Source: Hydrolagus colliei (lineage: Eukaryota). From it: a stretch of 64,000 nt of DNA. A program made the translations under genes and the position numbers. The notes below the pieces were generated by a model. That model was not told the DNA's origin, searched no databases, and saw only the letters and a list, made by a program, of their open reading frames with translations. Each line of letters opens with the position of its first letter. Position 1 is the stretch's first letter. Below are positions 1 to 12,419 of the stretch, in pieces. The stretch spans positions 18,228,001 through 18,292,000 of the forward strand of contig CM068749.1 in NCBI GenBank assembly GCA_035084275.1. The letters run 5' to 3'.

Positions 1-420
1 ACCGCCCGAACCCAAACTCAACTCTCGCCTTGCTGGACTATAAAAAGAAACGTACCGTGGCACAACAACGGGATTTAAAATGAGCGGAAACGAATGCCGA
101 AAGCTGCTCGTTTATTGTCTGCAACCGTCCTCCATCCATTCCACCACCGCCGCCATTTTGCTTACTATTGTGCAAAGATGGTTGCGGCGGCGGAGGGGAG
201 GACGAGCCAGCGAGCAACTTCCATTCCGGGGTGACGGCACGCTTTCATTCGCCTAATTTGGCCAGCGGGTGACTGCCATTTGCCTCCTTTACCCCGGCAG
301 TTATATTGGGAGCCCGTTTCGTGGCTGTCTCCATTTGCAAATGCAGAAGTCTGTCGGCGAGTAATCCTCGCCCCCCTATTTGCAGCTGTTGGACGCGCCT
401 TCCTGGGTAGCAGACATCTC
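1..420 (-). promoter_or_regulatory. CpG-island promoter and probable non-coding first exon (~160 to 56, minus strand) of an upstream gene running off the left edge; possibly ZNF644 by synteny
   Basis: CpG-rich against an AT-rich background. YY1 motif CAAAATGGCGGC on the minus strand at 149-160. Minus-strand donor CG|GTACGT at 56/55. Gene identity is inferred only from the vertebrate ZNF644-HFM1-CDC7 gene order; no coding sequence is visible. Confidence 0.55.
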
Positions 421-1744
421 TCTCTTGGTTTAAAGTGGCAGCAGCCGCTGCACTGGGGTTGGGAGCATGGAAATGGTGGAGGTTTCCAGACCAGGTGTTA
501 ACAGCATTTGTGCAGCAGAAATACTTGCGTAATCGCAAGCTCCCCCTCCCACCCCCAAACCCACCACGAACCATTATAACTCCCCCAACACCCAATCTGC
601 AAAAAAAAAAGCCAGCTGGACACGTGTTAAGTATGAAATGAGGAAACTCGACGCGAATTTAAAAGATATACAAATGCACACAAGCAGTTGTTGGCCATTG
701 GGCCAGCATCGCCATGAGACTTTGGAAAAGCAGGTTATGCAGGCCTTCAAATGAAAAGACACATACACTACACATGTTCAGCTCAGAAAGCTGTAGCAGT
801 ATAAAAATGAATTGTCAACAGCACATGCTGCTCATATTCATATATACCTCCATGTTCTTTATTAGTGATGTTTTATTAAAAAAAACATGGCTGGGAAATA
901 TTTCTGATCCAATTCACCAAAGCAATGGTTAAAAGAACACAAATCATCACGTGCTTAACGCTCAATTTTCAAGTATTGATAAAGTTAGCTTACTGGCCCT
1001 CAACGCCACACCATCAAGAATTGATCACTGGTATTCAACAATTGAATTAATCATCTATAATTTGAAATCTGCATTTTCCTTTTTACCTTCATAAGTAGTA
1101 TGTATCTTTTAATGTTAAACATTGTCGTCCTTTGGTTTGTAAGCAAAAGTTGGGAGTTTCCATTTTTATCTTAAAGGAGAGATATACTACCTTTTCCTTT
1201 ATTCTGCCTAGAAGATCAAAAAGTTACAAATGACCTTGTCTTACCTTGTAGCACAATGAAGAATTGACAGTAAAATTACCAAAATAATATTAGAATTCTT
1301 GACCAAACAACACAAAACATTGTTTTAAGAAGCACCAGTGCCGTATGAAATTTCAACAAAATAACTAAAGTACGAAGGTTTTTTTCAAGGGTGGCTACTA
1401 TGCATTTAGTTAACTTTTTTTGATTGTATATACAAACAACAAAATTACATTTATACAGCCTTTCACGCTGGGAGGACATCCCAAGGCGCTGGATGCACAA
1501 AATGTAAAATGGACTAAATTGGCTTTGTGTGTGCTAGTGTTTACATTTTAAAACAGAAATCTATTCTGCTATAGACTAGCTGGCAAATGTCACCACAGAG
1601 GACAATTTAGATGTTGAGTATTTAATCCTGTCCCACAAAATCGTGAAAAGAATAAAAGGGAGCTCATTAACAAGATTCAAGAAGTGAGAATGTGGAGGTG
1701 TCAATTTCTGTCATTTGCATTGTAAAACGCCTTTCACATGGGAA

Positions 1745-2008
1745 ACCATCTTCCTTCAGTTTTTCCACTCCTACCCTTTGGAACTCCATCCCCCAATCCC
1801 TCCGCCTTGTTCCTCCCTTTCCTCTTTCAAGGTCGGTTTGAAGACTTTCCTTTTCGACCGTGCCTTCTGTCCCACCCCCCCTAATTCTTCGACCTCCCCT
1901 ACGTTTCTTCTCCCCTCCCAGCTCGGGTCACACACCTCCTGTGCAGCGCCTTGGGACGTCCTCCCGACGTGAAAGGCGCTCTATAAGTGCAATTTGTTGT
2001 TGTTGTTG
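1745..2008 (+). mobile_element. LINE2 (L2) 3' end fragment
   Basis: Translates to an L2 ORF2 C-terminus-like peptide (SSLSSFKVGLKTFLFDRAF), then the tail gcgccttgggacgtcctcccgacgtgaaaggcgctctataagtgcaatt(tgt)n, which recurs many times in the window. Confidence 0.85.
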
Positions 2009-2190
2009 AAGCGCTATACTAGCCCTAGATCAACAAGTAAGGTTAAAAGAAAGTGATGAGATTAGAGCAAAGTAAAATAAATAAGTCATAGAAGTGTTTT
2101 GAAAGCAAAATACAGAAAAAAAGTTAGAACATGAGAATATTGGTGTGCCTATTCAAGTCCACTGATAATGATCTATTGAATTAGTCATAT

Positions 2191-2440
2191 ATAATAATAA
2201 TCTTTGCATTTGATACAGCGCTTTTCACATCTTCTTGATGTCTCGAAGCACTTCACAGAATATACTGTAAAGTGAATTGACTATATCTATGGGCGAAACA
2301 CGGCAGGCAATAGCGCACTGCAAGTGTTCCACAAACAGTCATAGATTGAAGTGACCAATTTACTATTTTTTTGAGGAATTACTATCAGACATGTGGAGTA
2401 AGGAAACTTGCCCAAGGTTTCTTCCTGCCTGGAATCAAAT
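2191..2440 (-). mobile_element. tRNA-derived SINE (partial, minus strand)
   Basis: Reverse complement of the SINE body and (tta)n tail seen at 38648-38941 and 39678-39998. Confidence 0.8.
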
Positions 2441-3499
2441 ATATACATATAAAAGTCAGCAATTTAAATTGATTAAAAACTAGTGAGTCCAATACCAAAA
2501 TACAATCTACAAAATAGTTTACCTTTTTTAAAAAAAATTCTTAAAAGTTAAAATACACACAAAAAACATACAACCACAACTTTCATTTAAATAGCGCCCT
2601 TCACATGGGGTAGCATCTTGGAGCACTTTCACAAGAAAAATAAACAGTAAAGTATTGTGATAAAATAGAACATTATACTTGCAACCAATTTTTAGAGGAA
2701 GTCAAGAAAATACACTTGCTACACTCCATTCAGCACAAAACTATCAACTGACTTTTCAAATACCATTCAAAATGACTGCCATCAAATCCAGTCTTGGGTT
2801 TTACTGGCACCTGTTCTGGATTCATGTGGAGTACGTTCACTCTAACAGTGCTATTAGCCAGAAGGTAGGGCCATCTGGTGCCCTCTGATCAGGAAGCATC
2901 ATCTGGCTGCGTAGACATGGAGGTCAATTAACTGCTCCAAATCTTGATTCACAGTCATCTTCACTGGGAGTCCCATAATGTACTGACATGGGTCAAGGTC
3001 AAGTAAAAATTTCTGAAGAAGTATAGAAGCTCCATAATCCCATATCTCCTGTGGCCTCCATTGATGAAAGCCAACAGGGGTGTAGTAGTTCCAATGGAGA
3101 ATTTTTATTTGCCCCATGCTTAGCTAATTAGCGGTAAAGATTTAATGCAAAGACCTGGGTAATGTGAGTAGGTCATTCAGTCCATCAAAATTGTTCCTCC
3201 ATTAAGTCTTTGGTGACTCATTTCCTTTTCTCAAAAATACTTTTCTCCCTCTTTTTTGGCCATTATACATTGAAGCCTATGCACATATGTGAACATTATT
3301 GGGTGAGAGCTCATCAGGCTCATCGGGACGTCCTCCCGATGTGAAAGGCACTCTATAAATGTAATTTTGTTGTTGCTATTCACAAGATAAAGTAATAGTC
3401 ATATAAAAAGAATGCCAACTCAGCATTTACCAATTCAGCAAATTATAAACCTTGTAATGTCGTGATTATTTTAAGTTATCTTTCAAGTCCTGCCTCAAG

Positions 3500-3668
3500 A
3501 CCCTCCTCTTCGACGGTCCCAACGGTCACCCCAAATCCCCGCTTTTCCATCCGCCCTCCCTGTCCCCGACCTCAGCTCAGGTCTGAAACAATGACTGTCC
3601 AGCACCTTGGGATGTCCTCCTGACGTGAAGGACACTATACAAGTGTAATTTTGTTGTTGTTGCTGTTG
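3500..3668 (+). mobile_element. L2 3' end fragment
   Basis: Pyrimidine-rich 3' UTR plus ccttgggatgtcctcctgacgtgaaggacactatacaagtgtaatt(ttg)n tail; same subfamily as 20206-21280. Confidence 0.8.
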
Positions 3669-5727
3669 TATCTTCATCTCTTGCATCTATTTGATTCAAT
3701 GTCTCTCATAAGCCAGAATTTATGGCAATTCATCCTCTTTTTTAATCTTTCAATAGTTCTGATGGAATGGCTTATGACATTGGTTCCCTTAAAGGCGAGT
3801 TGTTGGCTTGACTGACAGGTCGATTAGATAATCAGAAGTGATGACACTCTGAGTTTTACCCAGTTCACCACCCCCTCAAACCCAAGAATATTTTAACCTG
3901 CTGCCTATAGCAGCCATGCCTTGCTGCCCCACAGGAAAATCGTGGAGCTTACATTAGAGTTCTCAGTTTGGATGCCTAATGTCACAGAAGCCTTGAGCCC
4001 AGAAAGCGTCGGATCCCTGGCTTATCATGTCTCCAAAATATATTTTAGTATAATCATCCTTGTATTTCATATAGCATTTTTCACGTCATCGAGACCTCTC
4101 AAAATGCGGCAGCCAATTGCACATAGCAGTATATCCTTAAATGGAATCAGGTGTATAAATAATAAGCCCCTTGCTGCTTTAATACTTGGCATTTTAAATA
4201 TTACAAAATACATAAATTTCAAACTTGCAGTTACAGAAATGAAGACATAACAACAAGTTGCATTTATATAGCGCACTCCACACCAGGCGGCATCTCAGAG
4301 CACTTAACAATGGTGGAGGCTGAGGGGGAAGGTAACCGTAAGCGCAATCAAAGAGAAAGATCTTCAGGTGTAACCTAATACCTAAGGTAAATAGGAACAG
4401 AAGGGCACCCCTCTCTTCGAGTTCATGGGCTGTTTATTGTGGAGAATGACACATGCGGAATCTATTTCTCCCACCTCACTTGGTGAGTTAATGATCTGAT
4501 TGTACACAGTGTGTATATATATATCTTACATATCTGCAGAGTAAGATATCCAGCATATGGTATATACTCTTATTATAAAATTCAACTGTTGCCGCATACA
4601 TTTAGGAATCCAACACTAATTATGTCTAATTGGATCCCACTGTCACCAAGAAACTAACATAGGAAACGACTGTAATTTAGTTTAGTTCCAGAAAATTGTA
4701 AGCAAGCCAATACAATAATGCATCATCCTCTGTAGCCATCATTGCAGACAGACAGGGCCACAATTCTCCAAGGGACTGCTGATTATGGGCTGGTCAGCCT
4801 GGCTCATTAGCAAAGCAGTGGAGACTGAGATTCCTATCACCCAGTGCCTACCAACTCTGCAAATCAAAACCTTAACATGTATGGTGGTCCTAACTGGACA
4901 AATAGCATGAAGTTTGCCAATGTTCACATTCGGTATGTACATGGTTTCAGCTTCAACTCCCAACATTAACCAAACTAAGGTATCCAACCTACATCTAAAC
5001 TCATTGGGATTAGTAAGCATGGTGTGTCCCTCTTGAGGGGGAGGAAGAGTGCATTCGACGAAATAAACAGAAACCATAATAACTATGTGGAACTCTCAAT
5101 AATTTGGTTTGAAGACTCTTCATCATGATAATTAGTTTCTATGTATGTCAAATACCTGACTAAGATAAAGTTTGCCTTTTTTTTCATTTTACATTAAAAA
5201 TGCTGATATCTAAATAGAAATATATTGGAGAACACTTCAAGTAGAATTTTCCTAATTTAAAAGATTGTGCCAATTATTCATAACTATAAAGATGTAAAAC
5301 TCAACAATACGTCAGTAACATTATAGTGTTAAGCACTCAAATATTAACCACATGAAGGGTGCTATGTAAATATAAATACAGGTGGTTGATGTGTTTCATA
5401 ATACAGGTTAAAATATTATTATTACCATTAAGTTGTAAGTAATGTCAGAAGCAGTGAATAAAAACAAATACAGTACTATGAATCCTAAATCCCTACAAAC
5501 TTAAAAGCTGTGCATAAATATACAACATTATAACATTAAAGTGAGCTTAGGTGAATCAATCTGTCTATACTGTATAGACATAAGGATGTAAACAATTACG
5601 ATAGAGTATAAATTCAAATATTAGAAAGATTTTAGAATGATGGAGTTTTGCCCTCCATTTGATCTTCTGAATTTTGATGTGTGTCAGGCAAGCAACACAA
5701 AAAAATTCTGATGAAATTATTTAATCA

Positions 5728-6240
5728 CAAATAAATACGAGATATCTGTGTGTCTGTCCACCATGAACGCAACAACAAATTGATATAGTGACATGATTTA
5801 TACTTCATTGGAAAGGCCTTACATAGGGGAATGTCAAAGGCATATTGTTTTGAGGAGAATTTAAGTACATCCTATTTTTGATGAGCTACATTAAAAATGC
5901 TTTAATGAAGTCCCCCAAAATATGCACGGTATTCTGCAACAGATATTCTATACTAATAAAGATGAAATGTCTGTCTGTGTATCTGTCTGCCAGTATTGCA
6001 ATAACCAATTGATGTAGAGACATGATTTATACTTCATCGGAAAGGTCTAGCATGGGGGAGTGTCATGGGCATATTATTTCTCGAGGATCTCCATTCTATT
6101 GCGACCTAAACAAGCTCATCACACATGTATGGATTCCAACAAGTAGTCCTTTGAACAGTATCCCTCCCACAGCAGTCCTCCCAATAGGATTCCTCTAAAA
6201 AGGATATGTGTGCAAATACGTGAACAAAGGATGCTAATAT
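5728..6240 (+). mobile_element. Tandem pair of non-autonomous Helitron-like elements (degenerate)
   Basis: TCTATACTAATAAA at 5947 followed by a (ctgt)n-like tract resembles non-autonomous Helitron 5' ends. About 110 bp of it is repeated directly at ~5745-5860 and ~5975-6090. Confidence 0.45.
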
Positions 6241-6413
6241 TCTTAATATTCTTAATCTGAACAACAACAACAACAAATTACATTTATAGAGCGCCTTTCA
6301 CGTCGGGAGGACGTCCCATGAAGAAATAAACATGCCTAAGAAGTGAAGATCAAGCCTTCCATGGTCAAATAAAAATGCCAGGTGAAAGAGAGAAGGACGA
6401 AATGAAACGGGTA

Positions 6414-6602
6414 CAGTAAAAGCCCGTTTATCCGGCACCCGATTAATCGCAACTTCCATTTAACTGGAATCACGCAAAAAAAAAGTCCACATTCAATTAA
6501 CCGGAATTTATCCGGAAAAATGCACTGATTTTTTTTTTGGCATTACGCGCTTTAACCACCATTGGCCAGGTCCCGAGGGTTCCGTAAAACGGGCTTTTAC
6601 TG
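6414..6602. mobile_element. pogo/Tigger-type MITE, short form
   Basis: TIRs CAGTAAAAGCCCGTTT...AAACGGGCTTTTACTG, flanked by a TA target-site duplication. Confidence 0.9.
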
Positions 6603-8616
6603 TATTATGCATATTGAAATCTATCATTATTTTGATTGTTACACATTTCAATTTTTCTATCTTTCCTAACTATCATAAAGTGATTATGTATTAGCTCTTA
6701 TGCATTATCATGATTTGGATTTCCCCAAATCTGTCTTTTATATTAGGTATTAAATTTTACATTGAGATCATTACACATATTCATTGCAATGTTTACAATG
6801 GAACTGCAAAACAGCAATGTTATGTGAAAAAACAGGTTGGATTCCACAGTTTAAACGACCTCCATTTTTGAATATATGCTGCCATATGGATGCAATTATT
6901 GAAACGTTGTTAACTGTCTTTTGGCATAGCAAGATAAGCGACCTATTCAGAAACCTTGTAACATTAACAATGAGTTGCAGATGAGACTTCCTGTGTTGAA
7001 AATACACTTCCTGTAATGGTAAACATCATTAGGAGCAATTTGTAAGCTGAAATACTCCGTGCCTGCTGTGTACTTGACAGAAAGAGAAGGTTTCTAACTT
7101 TAATCTCCAAATAACAGTTTCAATTAAATTACACAATAGTGATTTTTCATAGTTAATGGGTTAAAAGATAATTATGTCCAGCGTCACAAATAACAGCATT
7201 CAAACATGTTGGTTATACCATAAAAAGGACTCACAAATAGAGCATAAATTAAAATGATATTCTAATTTTAAATTATCACATTTGAGGATTTTACTAAAGG
7301 GAAGTTTATGGTTCAGACTTATTATCAACAACAACCTGATTTCAGGTACCTCAGAGACCAAGATGAGAAATAAAAATGTTTTATAATTTATATATTGCTG
7401 GGATTGGATGGGAGGGAAAAATGATATGGTCTATGGAGACAAATAGGTTATGTGTATACGGGAAAATGTAAGGAATGTACAAATATTCAAAAGTTTTTTT
7501 TACTAATAATCTTTGGGTTTCAGACAATATCTATACAAATTGAATAGGGAATGGGAAAAAAGGGAGAAACAACTTGCATTTATATGGGATTATCTTTCAT
7601 GTAGGAGAATGTCTCAGACCACTTCAACCATGATAAAGCATGGATTAGCAAGGTCTGGAGTGGACAGAATGAGCTGAATGACTTTCTTATTCCATGTTTT
7701 TCACAATACAATAGAAATTTATACAGTATAGCATCCTTTCATGTCACAAGGAAGTCTCAAAGCACTTAACATTGCTGATTGGGCACCCGAGCTGGGTGTC
7801 GGTTTTATGTTTCTATTCTAATTATAGTACATTTGTTTATCTATTCTCAGTGATATAGCCTCATGTGTCATAAAAGTACCGTCTATGGAATAATTTGTAA
7901 TAAAGTTAACTTCTCAATCACTCATTCATTTCTTCATAACCCCAGAATTTGATGCAAGTTTAATATAGAGCCTAATATGGCAGCTAAAATTTATTGTAAA
8001 CAACAACAAATTGCATTTATATAGCATCTTTCATGTTGGTAGGAAGGATGTCTCCAGGTGCTGTAAAGTGCACTGATATTTGTATATTTGTAGGCAAGCA
8101 TCACAGCCAATATGTACTCAGTAATGTCCCACAATCAGTTGTGAAGTGAATGATTAATTTTATCTGGGAATTATGCAGGCCATGATGGGCCGAATGCCCT
8201 TCTTCGGTGCTATAAGTTTCTAAAACACCAGGAAAAAAATCCACTTTACGAATACTGAATTTCTAACATCCTGAACAAACAGATGTTATTGGTTTAACGC
8301 TTCCTCTGAAGGAGAGCACCTCAAGAAAGGCAGCACACCCCATCACCCCTCACCACCAGGATTGCACTGGAGCACAGAGACTTGGAGCTAGAATTGCCAT
8401 TGTTGGAAGCAACACGTAAATAATTAGGATATTACCAAAAATATCCTAATTATTGCAGTTCTAAGATTGAAAATGTAACTTTGTCTGGTGCAGACAAACA
8501 AGAAAAACTATGTGAAATGCAAGCAAAAGCTTTTTTCTTTCTTTTTCTCTAGTTCATGCCAAAATAAGCAAATATTCAAATAACAAGTTGTTTACTGTAC
8601 ACCACTGAACAATATA

Positions 8617-8827
8617 CAGTAAAAGCCCGTTTATCCGGCACCCTATTAACCGTAACTTCCGTATAGCCGGCAAATCAAAAAAAAAGGTCCGCATTCGATT
8701 AACCGGAATTTATCTGGAAAAATGCATTTATTTATTTTTTATTGTGTGTTTTCGGCCGAATATCCGGCATGCACTTTAACCGGCATTGGCCAGGTCCCGA
8801 GGGTGCAGCATAAACGGACGTTTACTG
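8617..8827. mobile_element. pogo/Tigger-type MITE, short form
   Basis: Same TIRs and internal sequence as 6414-6602; TA TSD. Confidence 0.9.
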
Positions 8828-10924
8828 TATAAAGACTTACACTGATAATGAACAGGTCTAACATCCCCAAAACACAAACCGTTCAATGTTAAAATACACC
8901 TTAACAAAAACCTTCATTCATAATCGCAAACTGTGGAAAACTGCTGGTATTCTGAAATGCTATCTCTATAATTTATGAGATGTAGAAATATAAACCATTC
9001 CTTAGCAACTGTAGAAAGACAAGAGCAGACATGTTCAAGCAATCTCTGAACTTCATGAAAATTATTCCAGGAGCCAAAAATACAATTCTTGCCTGGAAAG
9101 CACAGTGACATAAAGCAAATTGTTTAGATTCTTTGTTTAAAGGGAGAATAATCACAACAGTTACATCTTCAAAAACTAAATGATTCAAAAGACTTCTAAT
9201 TAACATTAATATCTTTCTATTTTTACTCCTTTCATTTATTTGAATGTTTTATTTGCAAAATTAACATCCATGAATTAATATAATCACTGGTAACAGTTTG
9301 AAAGAATTATTGTGGGTAGGCAAATGACAGTGCTGAATTAAGATCAGTAAACATAGAGGGTGATATATATTCTGCCTGATAGTGATTTTAACATCTGACT
9401 GACTCTATGAAGATAATGTCAGTCTAGATATAATAGTGTTGGGATCCTTAAGATGATTTGCATTTTGCAGCAAACCGCTATTGACAATATGGTTATGTTT
9501 CTGAATTTTATACCCACAGGCACATGGACAATATGCCCAGGTGGGAACACCTCGATACTGATTAAAGTTTGAATCCAGTTTATTGAACCTCCCCACATTT
9601 AATGGCTAGAGTTTCTCTGCCTCAGGCTTGTGCTCTTGAGGGTTACTCAATGTACGAAAAATGTGACATGTGTCACATCATCAAAATAGCCAAAAACGTT
9701 CCAACCAGTTAATAACTAAACATCACTGTAAAACCTCAATTTCAACACAATGGTTTAGTCTGAAGCCGCTGGTAACTATAATTGCTGTTGCACTGCATAG
9801 AACATTCCTTTGAGTACTGCCTGACAAGATACTAACTTAACTTGAAATCTTGAAGTTAATTCAGTTCTTCCCATTTTTCATGACATCTCATTTTTAATTT
9901 CTTTATACACAATCAGCTTTATCTGAAGAATTATCTTCATGCTTGTATTTAACTGTGTCTCATTTCATCTTATTTACTTCTGCTTGACAACTTTTCTCCA
10001 TTGGATATTTATTAGTGAAGTACGTAACTTCAAATACCACATTATGCATACCAAATGGGCCTTTCTGTTAAAATATATCTTTGAATAATAATAATAAACC
10101 TTGTATTTGAGATAGTGCATTTTGTCATCAAAATGTTTTGAGCACTTCACAAGATTTACTGTAAAGTATAAACAGATAATGTCATTGTTTGACAAAGCTT
10201 GACAAAAACTCCATCTGTAATTAAGAATTATATATTCATTGTATTGCTTTCCAACTGAGCTCATTACACATACAATACTACATTTGTATAGCACCTTTCA
10301 TTTTGGAAGGTACAAGTACTGTACAAATATTCCCTGAAATATTTACCATATACAGTACAGTATATCTTATTTTTTGGCAATATGTTCACACTGTTTAGTT
10401 ATAGTTCTTTCACTTAATATAATGACTTCCTATCTTGGGAGAATATGCTATTCCTTGCACCTTCCTTTAACAAACTTCAATTCCCCTGATTCGACACAAG
10501 TTCTTTGTAGATGATTTGGTAAGCTGTTAATTCCAGCAGTGTCAGCATTTCCTGTGTGTTAGGTTTCCTTTCTCCAGCTGTGCTACAGACACTTATTGTA
10601 GTAGCTACTTTGTCTTTGGGACCTTGTTTTCCACCACTGAATCAAGTTGTGCAATTCTTCAATCTCCATTTTTTAAGGTTCAACTGTTATACAGATTTTC
10701 TGGGCCACATCTTTCATTGGTGACTGGCAGCATATTGCTTTCATAATATCTTCCTATAGCATCCAGGAAATACAAGTCCATCTCTGTTTGAGTAAAAATT
10801 ATATTTTTTGACCTTTTAAAAATGTTTGCAAGCAACATCTTGCAATTAGTCATGCACAGAAGGTAAATGATAATAATGTTTGCATTTTATGCAACACTTT
10901 TCTTGCTATCTCAAGAGTATAGTA

Positions 10925-11325
10925 CAGTAAAAGTTTGGTTATCCGGCAACCAACCAACTGGCACGCTCAACCAACGGTATCTCCAAATACAAGTAAAATT
11001 TGAATATATGCAGTTTTCCCTGCGCATATGCTCACTTTGAGCATGCGCACTTATTATTTATTGAACGCAATTTTACCGAGTGTGCTATTTTCCAGGAACA
11101 TAACCCCTGCGTTCGGCATGGGTTGACTGTATGATTTATGTATGCTTTATTGGTAAGTATCCATACAATATTCTGTTATTATTCAGTCTATTATTAATAT
11201 GGTATGTTTTAAAATAAGTAAATTTTTTGAGTAGGATTTTCAGCAACTTGCCGCTCAAATCTGGCATGTTTGATTAACCAGCCTCGGTCAGGTCCCGAAG
11301 GTGCCGGATAACAAAGCTTTTACTG
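10925..11325. mobile_element. pogo/Tigger-type MITE (diverged subfamily) with a nested second MITE end
   Basis: TIRs CAGTAAAAGTTTGGTTATCCGGCA...TGCCGGATAACAAAGCTTTTACTG, TA TSD. Internal gaacataacccctgcgtt...ttgactgta (~11095-11131) looks like another Tigger-type terminus. Confidence 0.8.
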
Positions 11326-11666
11326 TATTTATATGATGACTGTATTTTGTAGGCAAACAAAAAAAGGACACTCCGATGGATATTTCACTTTATTTGATTG
11401 CTTCATAAGATTACAGACAGTTAGATATCCTTGGCTTTTTTAGTTTTCTTTAGAACTTTTCATTTCAGTGTAATGCAGCATGTCAGCATGGCTCAGTTGG
11501 TAGCACTTTCACCTCTGAATTAAAGTTCTAGGTTCAACACAGCAACACAATCCCCACTTCAGGACTTTGAACTATAGTCTGGGCTAGTCTATGCTGACAC
11601 TCCAGTACTAGTGGTAAGATAGATTTGTCAAAGATGCCAGCCTTCAGACATGAAATATTAAACTGA

Positions 11667-11861
11667 TAGCGCCTGATAATAATCCCGCAAAATAAAATTG
11701 GTCATTTCAGTCCACGACTGTTTGTGGGACACTTCTGTGCACAATTGGCTGCCGCGTTTCGCCCATACTATTATAGTCAATTCACTTTATATTACATTCT
11801 GTGAAGCACTTTGAGATGTCTAGCGGATATGAAAAGCGCTATATCAAATGCAAGGATTATT
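11667..11861 (+). mobile_element. 5'-truncated younger SINE inserted in the Deu-SINE
   Basis: SINE 3' half and tail bounded by a 13-bp direct repeat AATATTAAACTGA (11654-11666 and 11862-11874). Confidence 0.85.
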
Positions 11862-11974
11862 AATATTAAACTGAAGCCCAGTCTGCCTGTTCAGGTGGAC
11901 TTTAAGGGTTCCTTGGCACAATTTGAAACCAGAAGGAAATTTCTCCTGGTGTCCTGCCTAACAAACTCCCAAAT

Positions 11975-12120
11975 AAAATTAAAACGCAAAATACTGCAGA
12001 TGCTGTAAAATCTGAAACAAAAACAGACATAGCTGGGAACAACTCAGCAGATCAGGTAGCATCTATGGAGAAAGCAAAAGCGAGTCAACGCTTCGGAACT
12101 ACGACCCTTCGACAGAACAA
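11975..12120 (-). mobile_element. Penelope-like element terminal (pLTR) fragment with a degenerate hammerhead-ribozyme motif
   Basis: aaatactgcagatgctg...aactcagcagatcaggtagcatct...gagtcaacgcttcg...cttcgacagaac resembles the common chondrichthyan Penelope-type end (recalled). The minus strand reads CTGTCGA...CGAAGCG, against the hammerhead core CUGANGA...GAAA. Confidence 0.65.
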
Positions 12121-12419
12121 AATGGTACAAACAAAATTGCCACGTTCGCCTTCAAATGCAGCGTCTACTGTTTACAAAAATATTGTGTAAAGCACTTTAA
12201 AGGACGTCCTTCTGACCTGTACAGTGAAGTGAAAAGACGCTGTACCAAATACAGTGCAAGGATTATTATTGTTCCTGCTGTTTCTCTCTCTTCCCTCTCA
12301 AACCCTCCTCCCCTCCATTTAAACAGTGGGTACAATGGCTTACAATTATTCTTTGGTTTGACCAGCACACAAAGACAATCTTTTAAATAAATAATAAAAA
12401 GAGTACGTGAAGTGTTGCG

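Larger units (their letters stand above)
11482..12270 (+). mobile_element. Deu-domain-like tRNA SINE (SacSINE/AmnSINE class) interrupted by two younger insertions
   Basis: tRNA-like head ggctcagttggtagcact...ggttcaa; Deu-like core (gctgacactccagt...attaaactga...gtctgcctgttcaggtggac...cctggtgtcctg); L2-type tail gcaaggattattatt at ~12258-12270. Family assignment is from recalled consensus. Confidence 0.7.

Noticed and set aside
245-768. Overlapping short ORFs near the left edge
   Set aside because: By-products of the GC-rich promoter; no recognisable protein and no exon structure.
6985-7030. Two ETS-like ACTTCCTG motifs and a FOX-like GTAAACA, a possible enhancer
   Set aside because: Short motifs are not enough without conservation or chromatin data.
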